Below are positions 43,304 through 52,976 of a stretch of 64,000 nt of DNA, piece after piece. Made by a program: the position numbers and the translations under genes. The stretch's first letter is position 1. Each line of letters starts with the position of its first letter. The notes beneath the pieces are model-generated. The model was not told the origin of the DNA. It made no database searches and saw only the letters and a program-made list of their open reading frames with translations. This DNA comes from a virus. Lineage: Duplodnaviria; Caudoviricetes. The stretch is taken from positions 40,034-104,033 of the IMG/VR virus record IMGVR_UViG_3300005440_000008, one strand, 5' to 3'.

Positions 43304-43941
43304 GTGGGGAGCTCCTCGATCCGCCGCTTGCAGCCGGTGCACCGCTTCTCGGGCGCGAGGCTCCGCTCCCGACACGTGCGGCCATCGTGATCGGTCTCCT
43401 CGCAGGAAAAGGTCAGGGCGAGAACCGCTTGGTGAGCGGGCGGGGCCGCGAGCCACAGCGTGCGCTTGCTCTTGTCCAGCAAGGGCATCGGGAAGCCCCG
43501 GAAGAAGGTCTCGACGGCGGCAGGCCGCGTCGGGTGGATCAGCCGTTCCCAGACCTCGTCGTACATGACCACGCAGCACTCGATGAGGTCGATAGTCCCG
43601 GTGACCTCCCGGCAGAAGCGGAGCGCGGCGTACTGGTGACTCAACTGGAGCGCGTCACATAGCTCGACGCAGACGCGCCAGAGGGGGGCCCCGCCGAATC
43701 CGCTCTGGAGCTGCTCGAGGTCCCACACCCGATCCGGACGGAGGGCGCCGGCCGACAGGGCGGCCCGGATCCGGGCGCGCGCCGCCGTCTCCCGCTGGCT
43801 CTTCTCCCAGCCCGTGGAGTGGGCCATGTAGATCGGCTGCACCTCACGACCGTCCCGCAGGTGTTCCAGGATCCGCGCCGTCGAATCGAATCCGCCGGTC
43901 CACAGGACCGACACGGGGATCGTCGCGCTGTCGGCCGTCAT
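43300..43941 (-). CDS. QueC-like PP-loop ATPase
   Basis: WTGGFDST, PLLDKSK, TFSC...C...RCTGCKRR zinc motif. Confidence 0.75.
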   Translation of the reverse strand: MTADSATIPVSVLWTGGFDSTARILEHLRDGREVQPIYMAHSTGWEKSQRETAARARIRAALSAGALRPDRVWDLEQLQSGFGGAPLWRVCVELCDALQLSHQYAALRFCREVTGTIDLIECCVVMYDEVWERLIHPTRPAAVETFFRGFPMPLLDKSKRTLWLAAPPAHQAVLALTFSCEETDHDGRTCRERSLAPEKRCTGCKRRIEELPT

Positions 43942-44855
43942 GGCGCCAACCCCACGGCCTGCAGCGCCTGGCGGACGCGCGCCACGCTCGAGTGCTCGGC
44001 TTGCACGTACTGAAAGGCGCGCGCTCGGATGCCGGGCCCCTCGAGCGTCGCCTGGCGCAGCGCCGCGCGAAGATCTCCCTCCTCGGGCCGACGCGGTAAC
44101 AGCACGTAGTGGACGCCCGGCTCGAGGAAGCCCTGGACGTCGTCGTGGAGGAGCACGCCGCCAGCGCCCGGCAGGAGGAAGACGCGCACGTCCGTCCAGC
44201 CCGGCGCGTCGGGTCGACCGAATCCGAGCATCGCGGACGCGGATGCCGCCAGCTCCGGGGTGCGAAAGAGCGTATGCGCACACGCGGCATTCGGGAACAG
44301 CTTGAACCGGTCGCCGAGCCACGCCTGGCAGCGGCCGAGCAGCTCCGTCCGCTCAGCGTAGATCCCCGCGCCAAGCCGCCCGGCGAAGGCGAGGTCGCAC
44401 GTGAACTCGGGGACGGCGGGCGCCCGCTCGCTCTGAGCGAAGGCGAAGTACGGCCAGCGCACCTGCCGGATCCCCCATGCCGAACGGTCGGCGGTGTGGT
44501 TGCAGAGCGCCAGATCGACCGCGGCCGAGATGTCGTGGGGCCAGCGGGTCTCCAGACGAGCGTCGCCATCGTGGAGGAAGACCACCGCGCCGCGGCGGCG
44601 CCATCGCTCGCAGAGCTCGAGTAACGCGAGCGTGTGGGACGGCCCCCCAGGGGACCAGAGCATCATGTGCATCCAGAGGACCTGGGGCTGGATCACCTCG
44701 CACATCCGGTCGATGACGTCGATCGGCTGACGCACGTCGAGGTCCCGGTGAAAATGTCCTAGCAACGTCATCGCCTGCGCTGCGCCAAAGCAAAACTCGC
44801 TGGGATAATTCGAGATGTCGCCGATAAGGACCGAGCGGAGCGGCCGGCGCATCAC
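43938..44855 (-). CDS. GT-B glycosyltransferase (CgeB / Glyco_trans_1_2-like)
   Basis: DLAFAG...ER, VRVF..PGAGG.LL, EHS...RV. Confidence 0.8.
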   Translation of the reverse strand: MMRRPLRSVLIGDISNYPSEFCFGAAQAMTLLGHFHRDLDVRQPIDVIDRMCEVIQPQVLWMHMMLWSPGGPSHTLALLELCERWRRRGAVVFLHDGDARLETRWPHDISAAVDLALCNHTADRSAWGIRQVRWPYFAFAQSERAPAVPEFTCDLAFAGRLGAGIYAERTELLGRCQAWLGDRFKLFPNAACAHTLFRTPELAASASAMLGFGRPDAPGWTDVRVFLLPGAGGVLLHDDVQGFLEPGVHYVLLPRRPEEGDLRAALRQATLEGPGIRARAFQYVQAEHSSVARVRQALQAVGLAP

Positions 44856-45109
44856 GGCGCGATCCTCCGCGGGATGATCAGCCCGTACGTCCCGCTGCCG
44901 GGCAGGCGCGCGAACGGGAGCCCGTCCCGCCGGTCCTTGTGCCGCTTGTTCCCGTGGTGCAGCGCCACGACTCGCTTTCGCTTGTCGCGGTCGCGCCCGT
45001 GGCGGCGGTCCGCGACCACCACGACGTCCTCGCAGCCGGCGAACAGGGACCGGAGCCGCTCCTGGAGAGCTTGATTGAACCGGGGCACGACGACCAAGAT
45101 CTCCGTCAT
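44852..45109 (-). CDS. Small basic hypothetical protein with V.VV.DRR motif
   Basis: MTEILVVVPRF...LFAGCEDVVVVADRRHG...DRR; ATGA overlaps. Confidence 0.55.
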   Translation of the reverse strand: MTEILVVVPRFNQALQERLRSLFAGCEDVVVVADRRHGRDRDKRKRVVALHHGNKRHKDRRDGLPFARLPGSGTYGLIIPRRIAP

Positions 45110-45948
45110 GCGACTCCGCCCGAGAGGAACCGGGCCCGGGCCCGATGCCACCGCGCGAAGGCGGCCGCGCAGGCCTCGGGAGTGCGCTCGTCTCCGTGCT
45201 CGGCCCCGTACGGGCGCGTGCCCAGGAGGAGCGGCAGGCAGCCTTTCAGGTGGAGGATCCCGACCGTCGCGAGGTCCGGCGGACAGCGGTCCTGGTTCCA
45301 GACGTCAGCCGCCAGCCGGTGCGTGCGGATCCCGCCCGCCTCCTGGATCACGGCCAGGCGCTCGACGAGGCCGGCCTGGTCCGGGGCGCCGTAGGCATCG
45401 ATCGCCTGCTTCGTGCGCTCGGGCGTGGTCAGCCAGCGCTCCGTCGCGCGCGCCCAGTCGGCCAGCTCACGGATCGCGCGCGGGCTCGTCTCGAGGAAGA
45501 GGACGCCCGTGTTCAGCGGCCAGCGGCCGGCGCGATGCGTGTAGCCGAGCTGAAAGCCGCCGGGCACGCCCGCCCAGGCCTCCGCGGGGGGCCGGAGCAC
45601 GAGCGTGTCCGCATCGAGGCAGACGACGCGGAGCCCGGGCGCAAGCGGCGCCACGGCCTCGGTCCAGACCCATACCTTCCGGGCCACCCGCCGCGCGCGA
45701 TCCGGCTCTCCCTCGAGGAGCGCGCGCACGGACTCGCCGACGATCGGGGCCCAGACGACGTCCGGGCCCGCCGCCGCCTGCCAGGTTTCGAGGCGCGGCG
45801 CTGGCACCTCGGCGTGGAGCACGTGCACCGCGGCCAGCGCGGTCGGCTGGGCTTCGCGGAGCTCGAGGAGGCTTCCGAGCAGCGCCTCGAGGTACGGGCC
45901 GTGCTGGTCGCCATAGATTGCCGTGACGATGTGGATCCGATCGCTCAT
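45106..45948 (-). CDS. GT-A glycosyltransferase (GT8/GT77-like)
   Basis: LDADTLV, NTGV, DQ, WN, ILHLKG. Confidence 0.8.
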   Translation of the reverse strand: MSDRIHIVTAIYGDQHGPYLEALLGSLLELREAQPTALAAVHVLHAEVPAPRLETWQAAAGPDVVWAPIVGESVRALLEGEPDRARRVARKVWVWTEAVAPLAPGLRVVCLDADTLVLRPPAEAWAGVPGGFQLGYTHRAGRWPLNTGVLFLETSPRAIRELADWARATERWLTTPERTKQAIDAYGAPDQAGLVERLAVIQEAGGIRTHRLAADVWNQDRCPPDLATVGILHLKGCLPLLLGTRPYGAEHGDERTPEACAAAFARWHRARARFLSGGVA

Positions 45949-46676
45949 GTCGTCCTTTCTCGCTGTGCGCCCTGCCAGTCGAAGCGGTCGCGCTCCAGGT
46001 AGACGCCGCGCACCCAGTACGTCCCGGTCAGCTCCGGCGGGAGCACCGGCGACGTGAATTGGGCGGGCCAGCGCTGCTGCCAGCCCTGACCATCGAGATC
46101 GTTCGGCTCGACGCCGACGGCACCCGGACGGCCGACGTCGAGCGTGGCCACGAACCAGCCGCCCGGCACGACGACGCGCGCGAGCTCTCGGAGCCACGGC
46201 ACCACCTCGAGGGCCAGGTTCTCGAGGACCGAGATGCAGAAGACGCCGTCGAACGTCGCGTCCTTGAACGGCAGCACGGGTCCGCGGAGGTCGGCCTGGA
46301 CGAGCGCGAACCGGCCGCCGGGATTGGGCCACCGGCCATCGCCGTAGGAGCGCAGCGACGGCGGCCCGGCGACCACGTTCCCGACGTCGACGCCCACCAC
46401 CTGGCAGCCGCGCTGCGCGAGGACCACGGGCAACGGCGAGCCGCCGCACCCGAGATCGAGCACGCGCTGGCCGGCCCGGACGCCCGACGCCAGCAGCGCC
46501 CAGGGGTACTCCCACTCGCGCGACCAGTGCATCCGCACGGAGCCAGGATCCCGGGCGCCGGCTGGGTGCGCGCGGCCGCCGTTCTGCCGGTACGCCGCGA
46601 AGATCTGGTCGGCCAGGATCTGACAGTCCACCCGCTGCCAGTCGGCCGGCCAGCACCAGCGGCTCTCAGCGCGCAT
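45945..46676 (-). CDS. Class I SAM methyltransferase (Methyltransf_11-like)
   Basis: SREWEYPW, VLDLGCGGS, LPFKDATFD..FCISVLE, PGG. Confidence 0.9.
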   Translation of the reverse strand: MRAESRWCWPADWQRVDCQILADQIFAAYRQNGGRAHPAGARDPGSVRMHWSREWEYPWALLASGVRAGQRVLDLGCGGSPLPVVLAQRGCQVVGVDVGNVVAGPPSLRSYGDGRWPNPGGRFALVQADLRGPVLPFKDATFDGVFCISVLENLALEVVPWLRELARVVVPGGWFVATLDVGRPGAVGVEPNDLDGQGWQQRWPAQFTSPVLPPELTGTYWVRGVYLERDRFDWQGAQRERTT

Positions 46677-47415
46677 CGGTGGCCGTCCGGCCCAGGAGGA
46701 AGAGGAGCGTCGGCCCGTAGCTCGGCATCGCCTCGTGCCGGCCGTCGGGAAAGACGCGGGTGTACGGCAGCTTGCCGGCGCCGCGCTGGTCGAGCCAGGC
46801 GGCATGGTGCCCCGTGTCGAGCGTGGCCATCACCGCCTGATGCACCGGCCTGTCTGTGTCCCAGGTGCGAAAGCGCTGCTCGGCCTCCACGCGCGCCGGC
46901 GCCCCCTGGTACATGTCGTGGACGGCCACGAACGCGACCGCGCCCGTCTCGAACGCGACATCGGCCAGCGCGAGCGCCGCATGATCCTTGGGCCCGTCGA
47001 GCAGCAGGGCGCACGAGGCAGACGGACGGTTAGCGAGGAGGATCGGGACGGCGTGCTCGGCCGAGGCCTGGAGCAGGAGCCCGTGAGCCGATTGGACTCG
47101 CACGCGGGTGGCCTCGCTCAGGGCATGATCGAGGCTCACCACCGTGGTGCCCGGCGTCTCGGCGGCCCAGCGGTAGAGGCACGCCGTCGACTGCCCCTGA
47201 TGGATGCCGCTCTCGATCACGGTGCGCACCGCGAACACGTCCAGCCAGGTCACGAGGGCGGCGAGCTCCGAGTACCAGATCCCGCGCGGCCGCGGCGCCA
47301 GGTCGCCTCCCGGCTCGGCGATCCAGGCCTCCAGGCGCGCCCGGGCCCGGCGCAGATGCGCGACGATCACGCGCGGATCGAGCGGGTCCGCGATGCGCAC
47401 GCCGTTGCCGCTCAT
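46666..47415 (-). CDS. SAM methyltransferase-like protein
   Basis: VIESGIHQGQST, LLDGPK, VHD. Confidence 0.7.
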   Translation of the reverse strand: MSGNGVRIADPLDPRVIVAHLRRARARLEAWIAEPGGDLAPRPRGIWYSELAALVTWLDVFAVRTVIESGIHQGQSTACLYRWAAETPGTTVVSLDHALSEATRVRVQSAHGLLLQASAEHAVPILLANRPSASCALLLDGPKDHAALALADVAFETGAVAFVAVHDMYQGAPARVEAEQRFRTWDTDRPVHQAVMATLDTGHHAAWLDQRGAGKLPYTRVFPDGRHEAMPSYGPTLLFLLGRTATDAR

Positions 47416-49217
47416 CGGCCCTCCAGAAACAGGATCGGCTTGGCCACCACGGAGCGCGCGTCGGGGTAGTCGATGAAGCCGAGCGAGCGGAGGCGACCCA
47501 TCGCGTTGACGAATCCCTTGCTCCGGAGATTGCCGTATCCGGCCTTGTCCGCGACGACGTCCTTGGCGAGCGCTTCCGGATACGCGTCAAGCAGGGGCTG
47601 GAGAATGCGGCCGCTCGCGCCGCCCAACAACTGAAGGACGCGCGCCTGCAGCTCGGCCGGCGAGCGCGGCATCGGCGGCGGCTGCGCCTGTTGGCGACCG
47701 GTCGCGGTCAGCACCACGTGGTCACTGTCGGGATAGTCGATCAGGCCGCTCGAGCGCAGGGCCCCGAGCGCGTTGACGAGGCCCTTGCTCCGCAGGTTGG
47801 TGTAGTCCGCGAGGAACGCCACCATCTCCCGCTTGGGCCGATTGGCGCCGAGCTGCTCGAGCTCGGCCAGCGCGTTCAGGATGCGCTGCTCGACCGGCTT
47901 CGGGCCGTCCGGATCCATCGCCCGCACGGCGGCACGGGCCATCTCGGCGACGGCTCTCTGCGTTCGCGGGGCGGCGCTCGGCGCCACATGCGCGGCCACC
48001 ACCGCGGGGGGCCGCGGCGCCGGGCCCGTCCGCAGCCGCACCAGCGCGTCGGTGATCGCATTCGCGCGCCCCATCATGCCAGCGGCAAGCTCGCGCCCGG
48101 CCTTGGAGACCGCCTCCAGCCCCGTCGTCGCGAGCACAAATCGTTCGGCGGCCCGCTCGATCCGGATCGCCGCGGCCTCCACTGCCTTGATGTCCTTCCC
48201 GCTGAGCACGGGGATCTCGACCGGCTTCTTCTCGTTCAGTGAACGAGACGGCGCCGCCTTCAGCCTCGCGAGCTCGGCGCGAACCTCACCCAGCTGGCGC
48301 CGGAGCTCCCGCGGATCCTCGGCCTTGGCCTTCTCGATCGTGGCCGCCATCTCCTTCCGGAGATGCTCCAGGTCGATCGGCGAGAGCTCACGCGCCGCCG
48401 TGTGGTGCCCCACCTCCGGCGTGCTCGAGGAGTCGAACGTCTCGCGGCGCGCGATCGTCACCACCTTCGAGACCTTCAGCCAGGCCGGCGACCAGACATG
48501 CGGATGCCCGACCGTGAGCTTCGGCAGCTCGCCGCTGATGTCCTCGTCGAGCCCCTTGTCGGCGATCCACCCCTCGACCGTCTTCCGCTCCTGGGGCCCC
48601 GTGAGCTGGAACGCGAACAGCAGCTCGGTCAGGTTCAGGACCTTCTTGTTCACCTCCTGCGGCCGCTGGGAGATGAGGGACACGCCGATGCCGAAGTTCC
48701 GCCCGATCTTGACCAGCCGCGTGAACGCGTGGAGCATCCGCGCCTCCTCGCGCTGCGGGTTCTGGGGGACGAACTCCTGGCACTCCTCGATAAAGAGGTG
48801 GACGGCCGAGGGCGCGGCCTTCTTCCGGAAGAAGAAGCGATCGGCAAACGCGTGCGCGAAGCGCGCCTTGTCCGCGTCCGACTCGAACTGGCTCACGTCG
48901 AGGACGATCGAGGTGCCCCGGTCCACCACGAGGTTGGCGATGAGCGCGCCCCCGGTGGGCTCGAGCGGGATGTCGCCGTGCAGCCCGCCGAGCACCGGGA
49001 TCGGCAGGCCTGGCCGCTTCCCATCGGCCGCCAGGCGCAGGCCGTACCAGATGCCGACGGGATCGAGCACGACGAACTGCGCTGCGGCCGCATGCATGAC
49101 CTCGGCGAGCTTCATGGCGGCATAGCTCTTCCCGCTGCCCGTGCGGCCGATGAAGCCGAGCTTCTCGGTGACGACGCGCGAGGAGAGGGGGAGATCGGGG
49201 GAGAGCGGGTACTTCAT
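47412..49217 (-). CDS. HerA/FtsK-superfamily ATPase with coiled coil and tandem C-terminal winged helices
   Basis: GRTGSGKS, LDP.G, FIEECQEF, GRNFG, ISQRP; duplicated NLRSKG.VNA.G.LRS.G.IDYPD. Confidence 0.85.
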   Translation of the reverse strand: MKYPLSPDLPLSSRVVTEKLGFIGRTGSGKSYAAMKLAEVMHAAAAQFVVLDPVGIWYGLRLAADGKRPGLPIPVLGGLHGDIPLEPTGGALIANLVVDRGTSIVLDVSQFESDADKARFAHAFADRFFFRKKAAPSAVHLFIEECQEFVPQNPQREEARMLHAFTRLVKIGRNFGIGVSLISQRPQEVNKKVLNLTELLFAFQLTGPQERKTVEGWIADKGLDEDISGELPKLTVGHPHVWSPAWLKVSKVVTIARRETFDSSSTPEVGHHTAARELSPIDLEHLRKEMAATIEKAKAEDPRELRRQLGEVRAELARLKAAPSRSLNEKKPVEIPVLSGKDIKAVEAAAIRIERAAERFVLATTGLEAVSKAGRELAAGMMGRANAITDALVRLRTGPAPRPPAVVAAHVAPSAAPRTQRAVAEMARAAVRAMDPDGPKPVEQRILNALAELEQLGANRPKREMVAFLADYTNLRSKGLVNALGALRSSGLIDYPDSDHVVLTATGRQQAQPPPMPRSPAELQARVLQLLGGASGRILQPLLDAYPEALAKDVVADKAGYGNLRSKGFVNAMGRLRSLGFIDYPDARSVVAKPILFLEGR

Positions 49218-49720
49218 GATGGCTCCGGGAGCAGCCCGGCGGCCCGGGCGCTGGTGAGGACGTCGTGGAACGCGGCCTCCGCCGTCGTGAGGGCCTGGTG
49301 ATGCCGCGCCGCCTCCTCGAGCACCGCGGCGCCCGTGCGGCCGAGGTCGGCCACGACGGTGCGGAGGTTGGCCACCTCCCGCTCGAGCTGGGACGCGCGA
49401 AAGGCGTGGAGCATCGTGCGCAGGCTGGCGGGGAACGGGCCGGCGGCCGTCTGCCACTGCTCGATCCGTCGGGCGATCTCCACCTGCTTCCCGGCGAGGC
49501 GTTCGGCCTCCTGGCACCGGTGGTTGAGCCGGGCATTGGTCTCCCGCGCGGCGGCCAAATCCCCGGTCAGCCGCTCGACTTCCGCCTCGAGGTGGCCGCG
49601 GGCGTCGAGGCCCTCGGCCAGGAGCAGCATGTCCTTCGCGACGCGGAGGACGTCCTGCTTGAACTCGGCCTCGCTGGCGTCGTCCGGAGGCTGCGGGATC
49701 AGCTCGTGGTCGGTGCTCAT
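49214..49720 (-). CDS. Coiled-coil hypothetical protein
   Basis: 168 aa, ATGA overlaps. Confidence 0.55.
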   Translation of the reverse strand: MSTDHELIPQPPDDASEAEFKQDVLRVAKDMLLLAEGLDARGHLEAEVERLTGDLAAARETNARLNHRCQEAERLAGKQVEIARRIEQWQTAAGPFPASLRTMLHAFRASQLEREVANLRTVVADLGRTGAAVLEEAARHHQALTTAEAAFHDVLTSARAAGLLPEPS

Positions 49721-49866
49721 CGGAGCACGTACCCCGCGAGCGCGTGCATCCAGAGGATGATGGCAATCGTGTGGGCGACGATCCAGACGCTTCGTTCCTC
49801 CGGAGCATCCACGAGGGTCGTGAGCGCCAGGATCGCGCCGTAGAACAGCACAAAGATCTGGTCCAT
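49717..49866 (-). CDS. Small two-TM protein
   Basis: MDQIFVLFYGAILAL..., 49 aa, coupled at both ends. Confidence 0.55.
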   Translation of the reverse strand: MDQIFVLFYGAILALTTLVDAPEERSVWIVAHTIAIILWMHALAGYVLR

Positions 49867-51611
49867 CACCGCGCTTCCTCCAGCAACGGCTCTGCCGCTG
49901 CGAGACGGCCGCGTCGAGTCACACCCCGGCGCTCGAGGTAGAACTCCGCCAGCCGCCGCACGCGATCCCCGCCGCTCTCGAGCGTGTGGGCGAGGTCCTG
50001 GTCCGGATCCCGGATGCCTTCGACTTGCTCGCGCTTCAGGCCGAGCGTCTCTGCGACGACGGGATCGGAGCCGGTCTCCGAGACGAGGAAGTAGGCGACG
50101 ACCGGATCCGGCTGGCCGTCCCGATGGAGGCGCCCGACACACTGCTCCATGACCCCCGGGCTCCAGTCGAGCTCGCCGAACACGATGACGCGGCCCCCTT
50201 TCTGGAGCCCGTCCATGCCGGCACCGGCGCGCAGGGAGAGGAGCAGCACCTTCACGCCGCCGTGGATGAAGGCCTGCTTGGCCGACTCCTTCTCGGTGAC
50301 CGACTCGCTCCCGGTGAACATGGCCACGCCGAGGTCCTGGAGGCGCTCGCGCCATACGTCGTAGCAGGCGCGGTGCCAGCCGCAGAGGACGACCGACTCG
50401 CCGGACTCCACGAGCATCCGGACGAAGTCCGCGACGTAGGGCGCTTTCGCGATCCCCGTCGCCTGGCGGAGCACCATCGAGAGCTGCTCGGAGGCCTGGA
50501 AGGCGGCACCTCGCTCGAGGGTGGCGCCCGTCTGCCCGAGGATGATGCGGGCGAGCTCGGTCGCCGTGCCGTCCACCTCCTCGAGGCGCTTGGCGTCGGC
50601 CTCGATGGTGTGGGTCACCCGGATCACGTCGGGCAGCTCGCGACCGACGTCCGCACGGCGGTGGCGGATGATCAGGCACTGCTCGCGCGCCCAGCTGCCG
50701 AAGGCCTTGGGATCCCGGAGCGCGCTCTTGCCCGCGCGGAACGTGCACCACTCGCGCTCGAACTCCACCTTGCTGCCGAGGACGTCCGGCTTGAGCACGT
50801 TCAGGACGTTGTAGATCTCGCCGCCGAAGTTGTAGATCGGCGTGGCGGAGAGCGCGATCCGGAAGGGCACGGCGCCGGCGAGATGCGCGGCGGCCGCGTA
50901 CTTCTGCGTCAGCTCCGACCCCGAACCCTTGGCGGCATGGCGCAATTCTTGGACTTCGTCGAAGCACGCCGATTTCGCGTAGGCGGCGAGGACCTGGGCC
51001 CACCCCGAGAGCTTCGCGTAGTTGACGATCACGACGTCGGGCCCGCGGCCAAAGAACGTGGGGAGCGCGTACGGCGTGCCGCGCTTCACGATATGGGTGG
51101 TCAGGCGCGGCGCGAACAGGCGGATCTGCTGCTCCCACTGGGCCGGGAGCGCCGTGAGCGTGACGACGACGGCCGGCAAGGTGCGCGGATCCGTGAAGCT
51201 ACAGATCGCGCTCGCGGTCTTGCCGAGCCCCACTTCGTCGGCGATCAGCAGGAACCCCTGGGCGAGGTAGAGCGCCGCCTCCCGGGCCTGATAGCTCCGC
51301 GCCGGCAGCGCGAGCTCGAACGTCGGCGGCACGTAGTCGGGATCGATCAGCTCCTCGAGGCGCGCGATCGTGTCCCGGTGGGTGCGCGCCCCCGCCTCGA
51401 GCTCGGCCGGGTGCGTGACGGCGAGCGGGTACCGATCGCCGAACCACTGGAGGTCCCGGCACATCTCGGGGGTGTGCGGGAGCACGAGCGTCCCCACGTG
51501 GCCGCGGCTGATCCGGGCGAACATCCGCTTGGCCCGGAGCATGAGGTGAGGCTCGAGGGCGAGGTGCCAGCCGTCCTTCGCGAGCCAGAGCCGCCCGTAG
51601 GTCCGGGGCAT
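49866..51611 (-). CDS. SNF2-family helicase
   Basis: ADEVGLGKT, DEVQ, LSATP, GMDGL, WSP..MEQCVGRLHRDGQ. Confidence 0.9.
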   Translation of the reverse strand: MPRTYGRLWLAKDGWHLALEPHLMLRAKRMFARISRGHVGTLVLPHTPEMCRDLQWFGDRYPLAVTHPAELEAGARTHRDTIARLEELIDPDYVPPTFELALPARSYQAREAALYLAQGFLLIADEVGLGKTASAICSFTDPRTLPAVVVTLTALPAQWEQQIRLFAPRLTTHIVKRGTPYALPTFFGRGPDVVIVNYAKLSGWAQVLAAYAKSACFDEVQELRHAAKGSGSELTQKYAAAAHLAGAVPFRIALSATPIYNFGGEIYNVLNVLKPDVLGSKVEFEREWCTFRAGKSALRDPKAFGSWAREQCLIIRHRRADVGRELPDVIRVTHTIEADAKRLEEVDGTATELARIILGQTGATLERGAAFQASEQLSMVLRQATGIAKAPYVADFVRMLVESGESVVLCGWHRACYDVWRERLQDLGVAMFTGSESVTEKESAKQAFIHGGVKVLLLSLRAGAGMDGLQKGGRVIVFGELDWSPGVMEQCVGRLHRDGQPDPVVAYFLVSETGSDPVVAETLGLKREQVEGIRDPDQDLAHTLESGGDRVRRLAEFYLERRGVTRRGRLAAAEPLLEEAR

Positions 51612-51970
51612 CAGAGGACCCCCGCCGAGATGTAGGCGCCGGCGATCGGCTTGCCGTGGAGGACCGCGACGGGGGGCAAGAGCGCCCGCCGGCGTGTCAC
51701 GAGGACGAGGCCGGCGACGCTCGGCTGCTGGAGGTACCGGGAGCACTGGTGGAGGACCGCGGCGGGCCCGCCGGCCACCTTCACCTCGATGCCGATCTGC
51801 TCCGCCTCGAGGTAGAAGTCGAGGCGGCCGCCATCCGGCAGCCGGTGCTCGCGAACGTGGGCCAGGCCGTGCTCGGTGAGGACGCGGGCGAGCGCCTCGT
51901 GAGTGGCCGCTTCCTGGGTCAGCGGGTACCGGTACCCGGCCAGGAGTCGCGCGAGATCGGGAACGGTCAC
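51611..51970 (-). CDS. PD-(D/E)XK nuclease-like protein
   Basis: RE...RLDF...IGIEVK...Q..RY. Confidence 0.7.
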   Translation of the reverse strand: MTVPDLARLLAGYRYPLTQEAATHEALARVLTEHGLAHVREHRLPDGGRLDFYLEAEQIGIEVKVAGGPAAVLHQCSRYLQQPSVAGLVLVTRRRALLPPVAVLHGKPIAGAYISAGVL

Positions 51971-51973
51971 ACC

Positions 51974-52642
51974 CTATCCCTTCATCGCCGTACCGAACTG
52001 TCCGAGGTACCGGTGGCGGAACTCTTCGTACAGCGGCCCGCGTCCGGCGACGTACCCGAACCGCGTCTTCCACCAGCCATCGTTCTCGGGCTGGGCGTCG
52101 GGCTGCTCGAGCGAGAACCGATCGGATCCCACGCCCTCGATGGCCGTGATGATGTTCATCGGGATGAAGGCCTTGAGGTGGCCGTCCACCGTCACGATGT
52201 AGATCGCCGGCGCGCCGTACACGACCACGCGCCCGGCCGCCCCGACGTGGCGCAGGATCCGGGCGAAGAGGGGCCGCGGGATCTGCCGCGGGCGGGCGTG
52301 TTGCAGCGTCTGGAGCAGGAACTTCTCCGGAATGCTCGGCTGCTGCTCGCTGTTCAGGCGCTCGCAGGCGGCCAGGAACGCGGCGAGCACGCCCGACGTC
52401 GCCGCCTCCTCGAGGAACGCCCGCTGCGCGGGCGATCGAGCGGCCAGCCAGGCCGCGCGCCGCGCCGCATGACGCGAGACGGGAGCCTCGGGCGGGGCAT
52501 CGGACCGCTCGATCTCGCCGTTGACGGTCACGATCTTCACCCGCGTGGTGAACTGCACCTCACCGCCGCAATGGGGGCAGGCGATGGCGTTGGTCGTCCG
52601 GCTGATCTCCGTCACTGAGGGCTCCACCGTGAGGTCCTCCAT
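51974..52642 (-). CDS. Hypothetical protein with N-terminal CPHC motif
   Basis: Start MEDLTVEPS, 222 aa. Confidence 0.5.
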   Translation of the reverse strand: MEDLTVEPSVTEISRTTNAIACPHCGGEVQFTTRVKIVTVNGEIERSDAPPEAPVSRHAARRAAWLAARSPAQRAFLEEAATSGVLAAFLAACERLNSEQQPSIPEKFLLQTLQHARPRQIPRPLFARILRHVGAAGRVVVYGAPAIYIVTVDGHLKAFIPMNIITAIEGVGSDRFSLEQPDAQPENDGWWKTRFGYVAGRGPLYEEFRHRYLGQFGTAMKG

Positions 52643-52643
52643 G

Positions 52644-52976
52644 TCAGCACCCGCCCCGCATCGAATACCACTCGTGCAGCAGTCGATCGACCATCTCCGG
52701 CGGCCCGCCCGCCTGCCGCCCGGCCTGGATCTCCCGCAGCTTGATCGCGAACGCGACGCGCTCGTCCCACGTCGTCGGCGGCGGCGTGTATTCATCGCTG
52801 GAGAGCGTGCCGCCGCAGAGCGGATGCTCCCACCGGACGATCCGGCCGAAGCGCCGGACCTCCACCAGGTCCCGATGAAGGACCTCGCCGCAGCAACAGC
52901 GGTTGCCAATCCGCAGGATGGACGGCTGTGGCGTTCCGCCCTGCAGCTCGACGAAGGCGTCCTCCCTACGAGCCAT
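52644..52976 (-). CDS. Hypothetical protein
   Basis: 110 aa, Cys/His motifs, tightly packed. Confidence 0.45.
   Translation of the reverse strand: MARREDAFVELQGGTPQPSILRIGNRCCCGEVLHRDLVEVRRFGRIVRWEHPLCGGTLSSDEYTPPPTTWDERVAFAIKLREIQAGRQAGGPPEMVDRLLHEWYSMRGGC

Noticed and set aside
43300-43941. Complete 7-deazaguanine DNA modification system
   Set aside because: Only a QueC-like gene is visible; no dpdA, folE, queD or queE in the window
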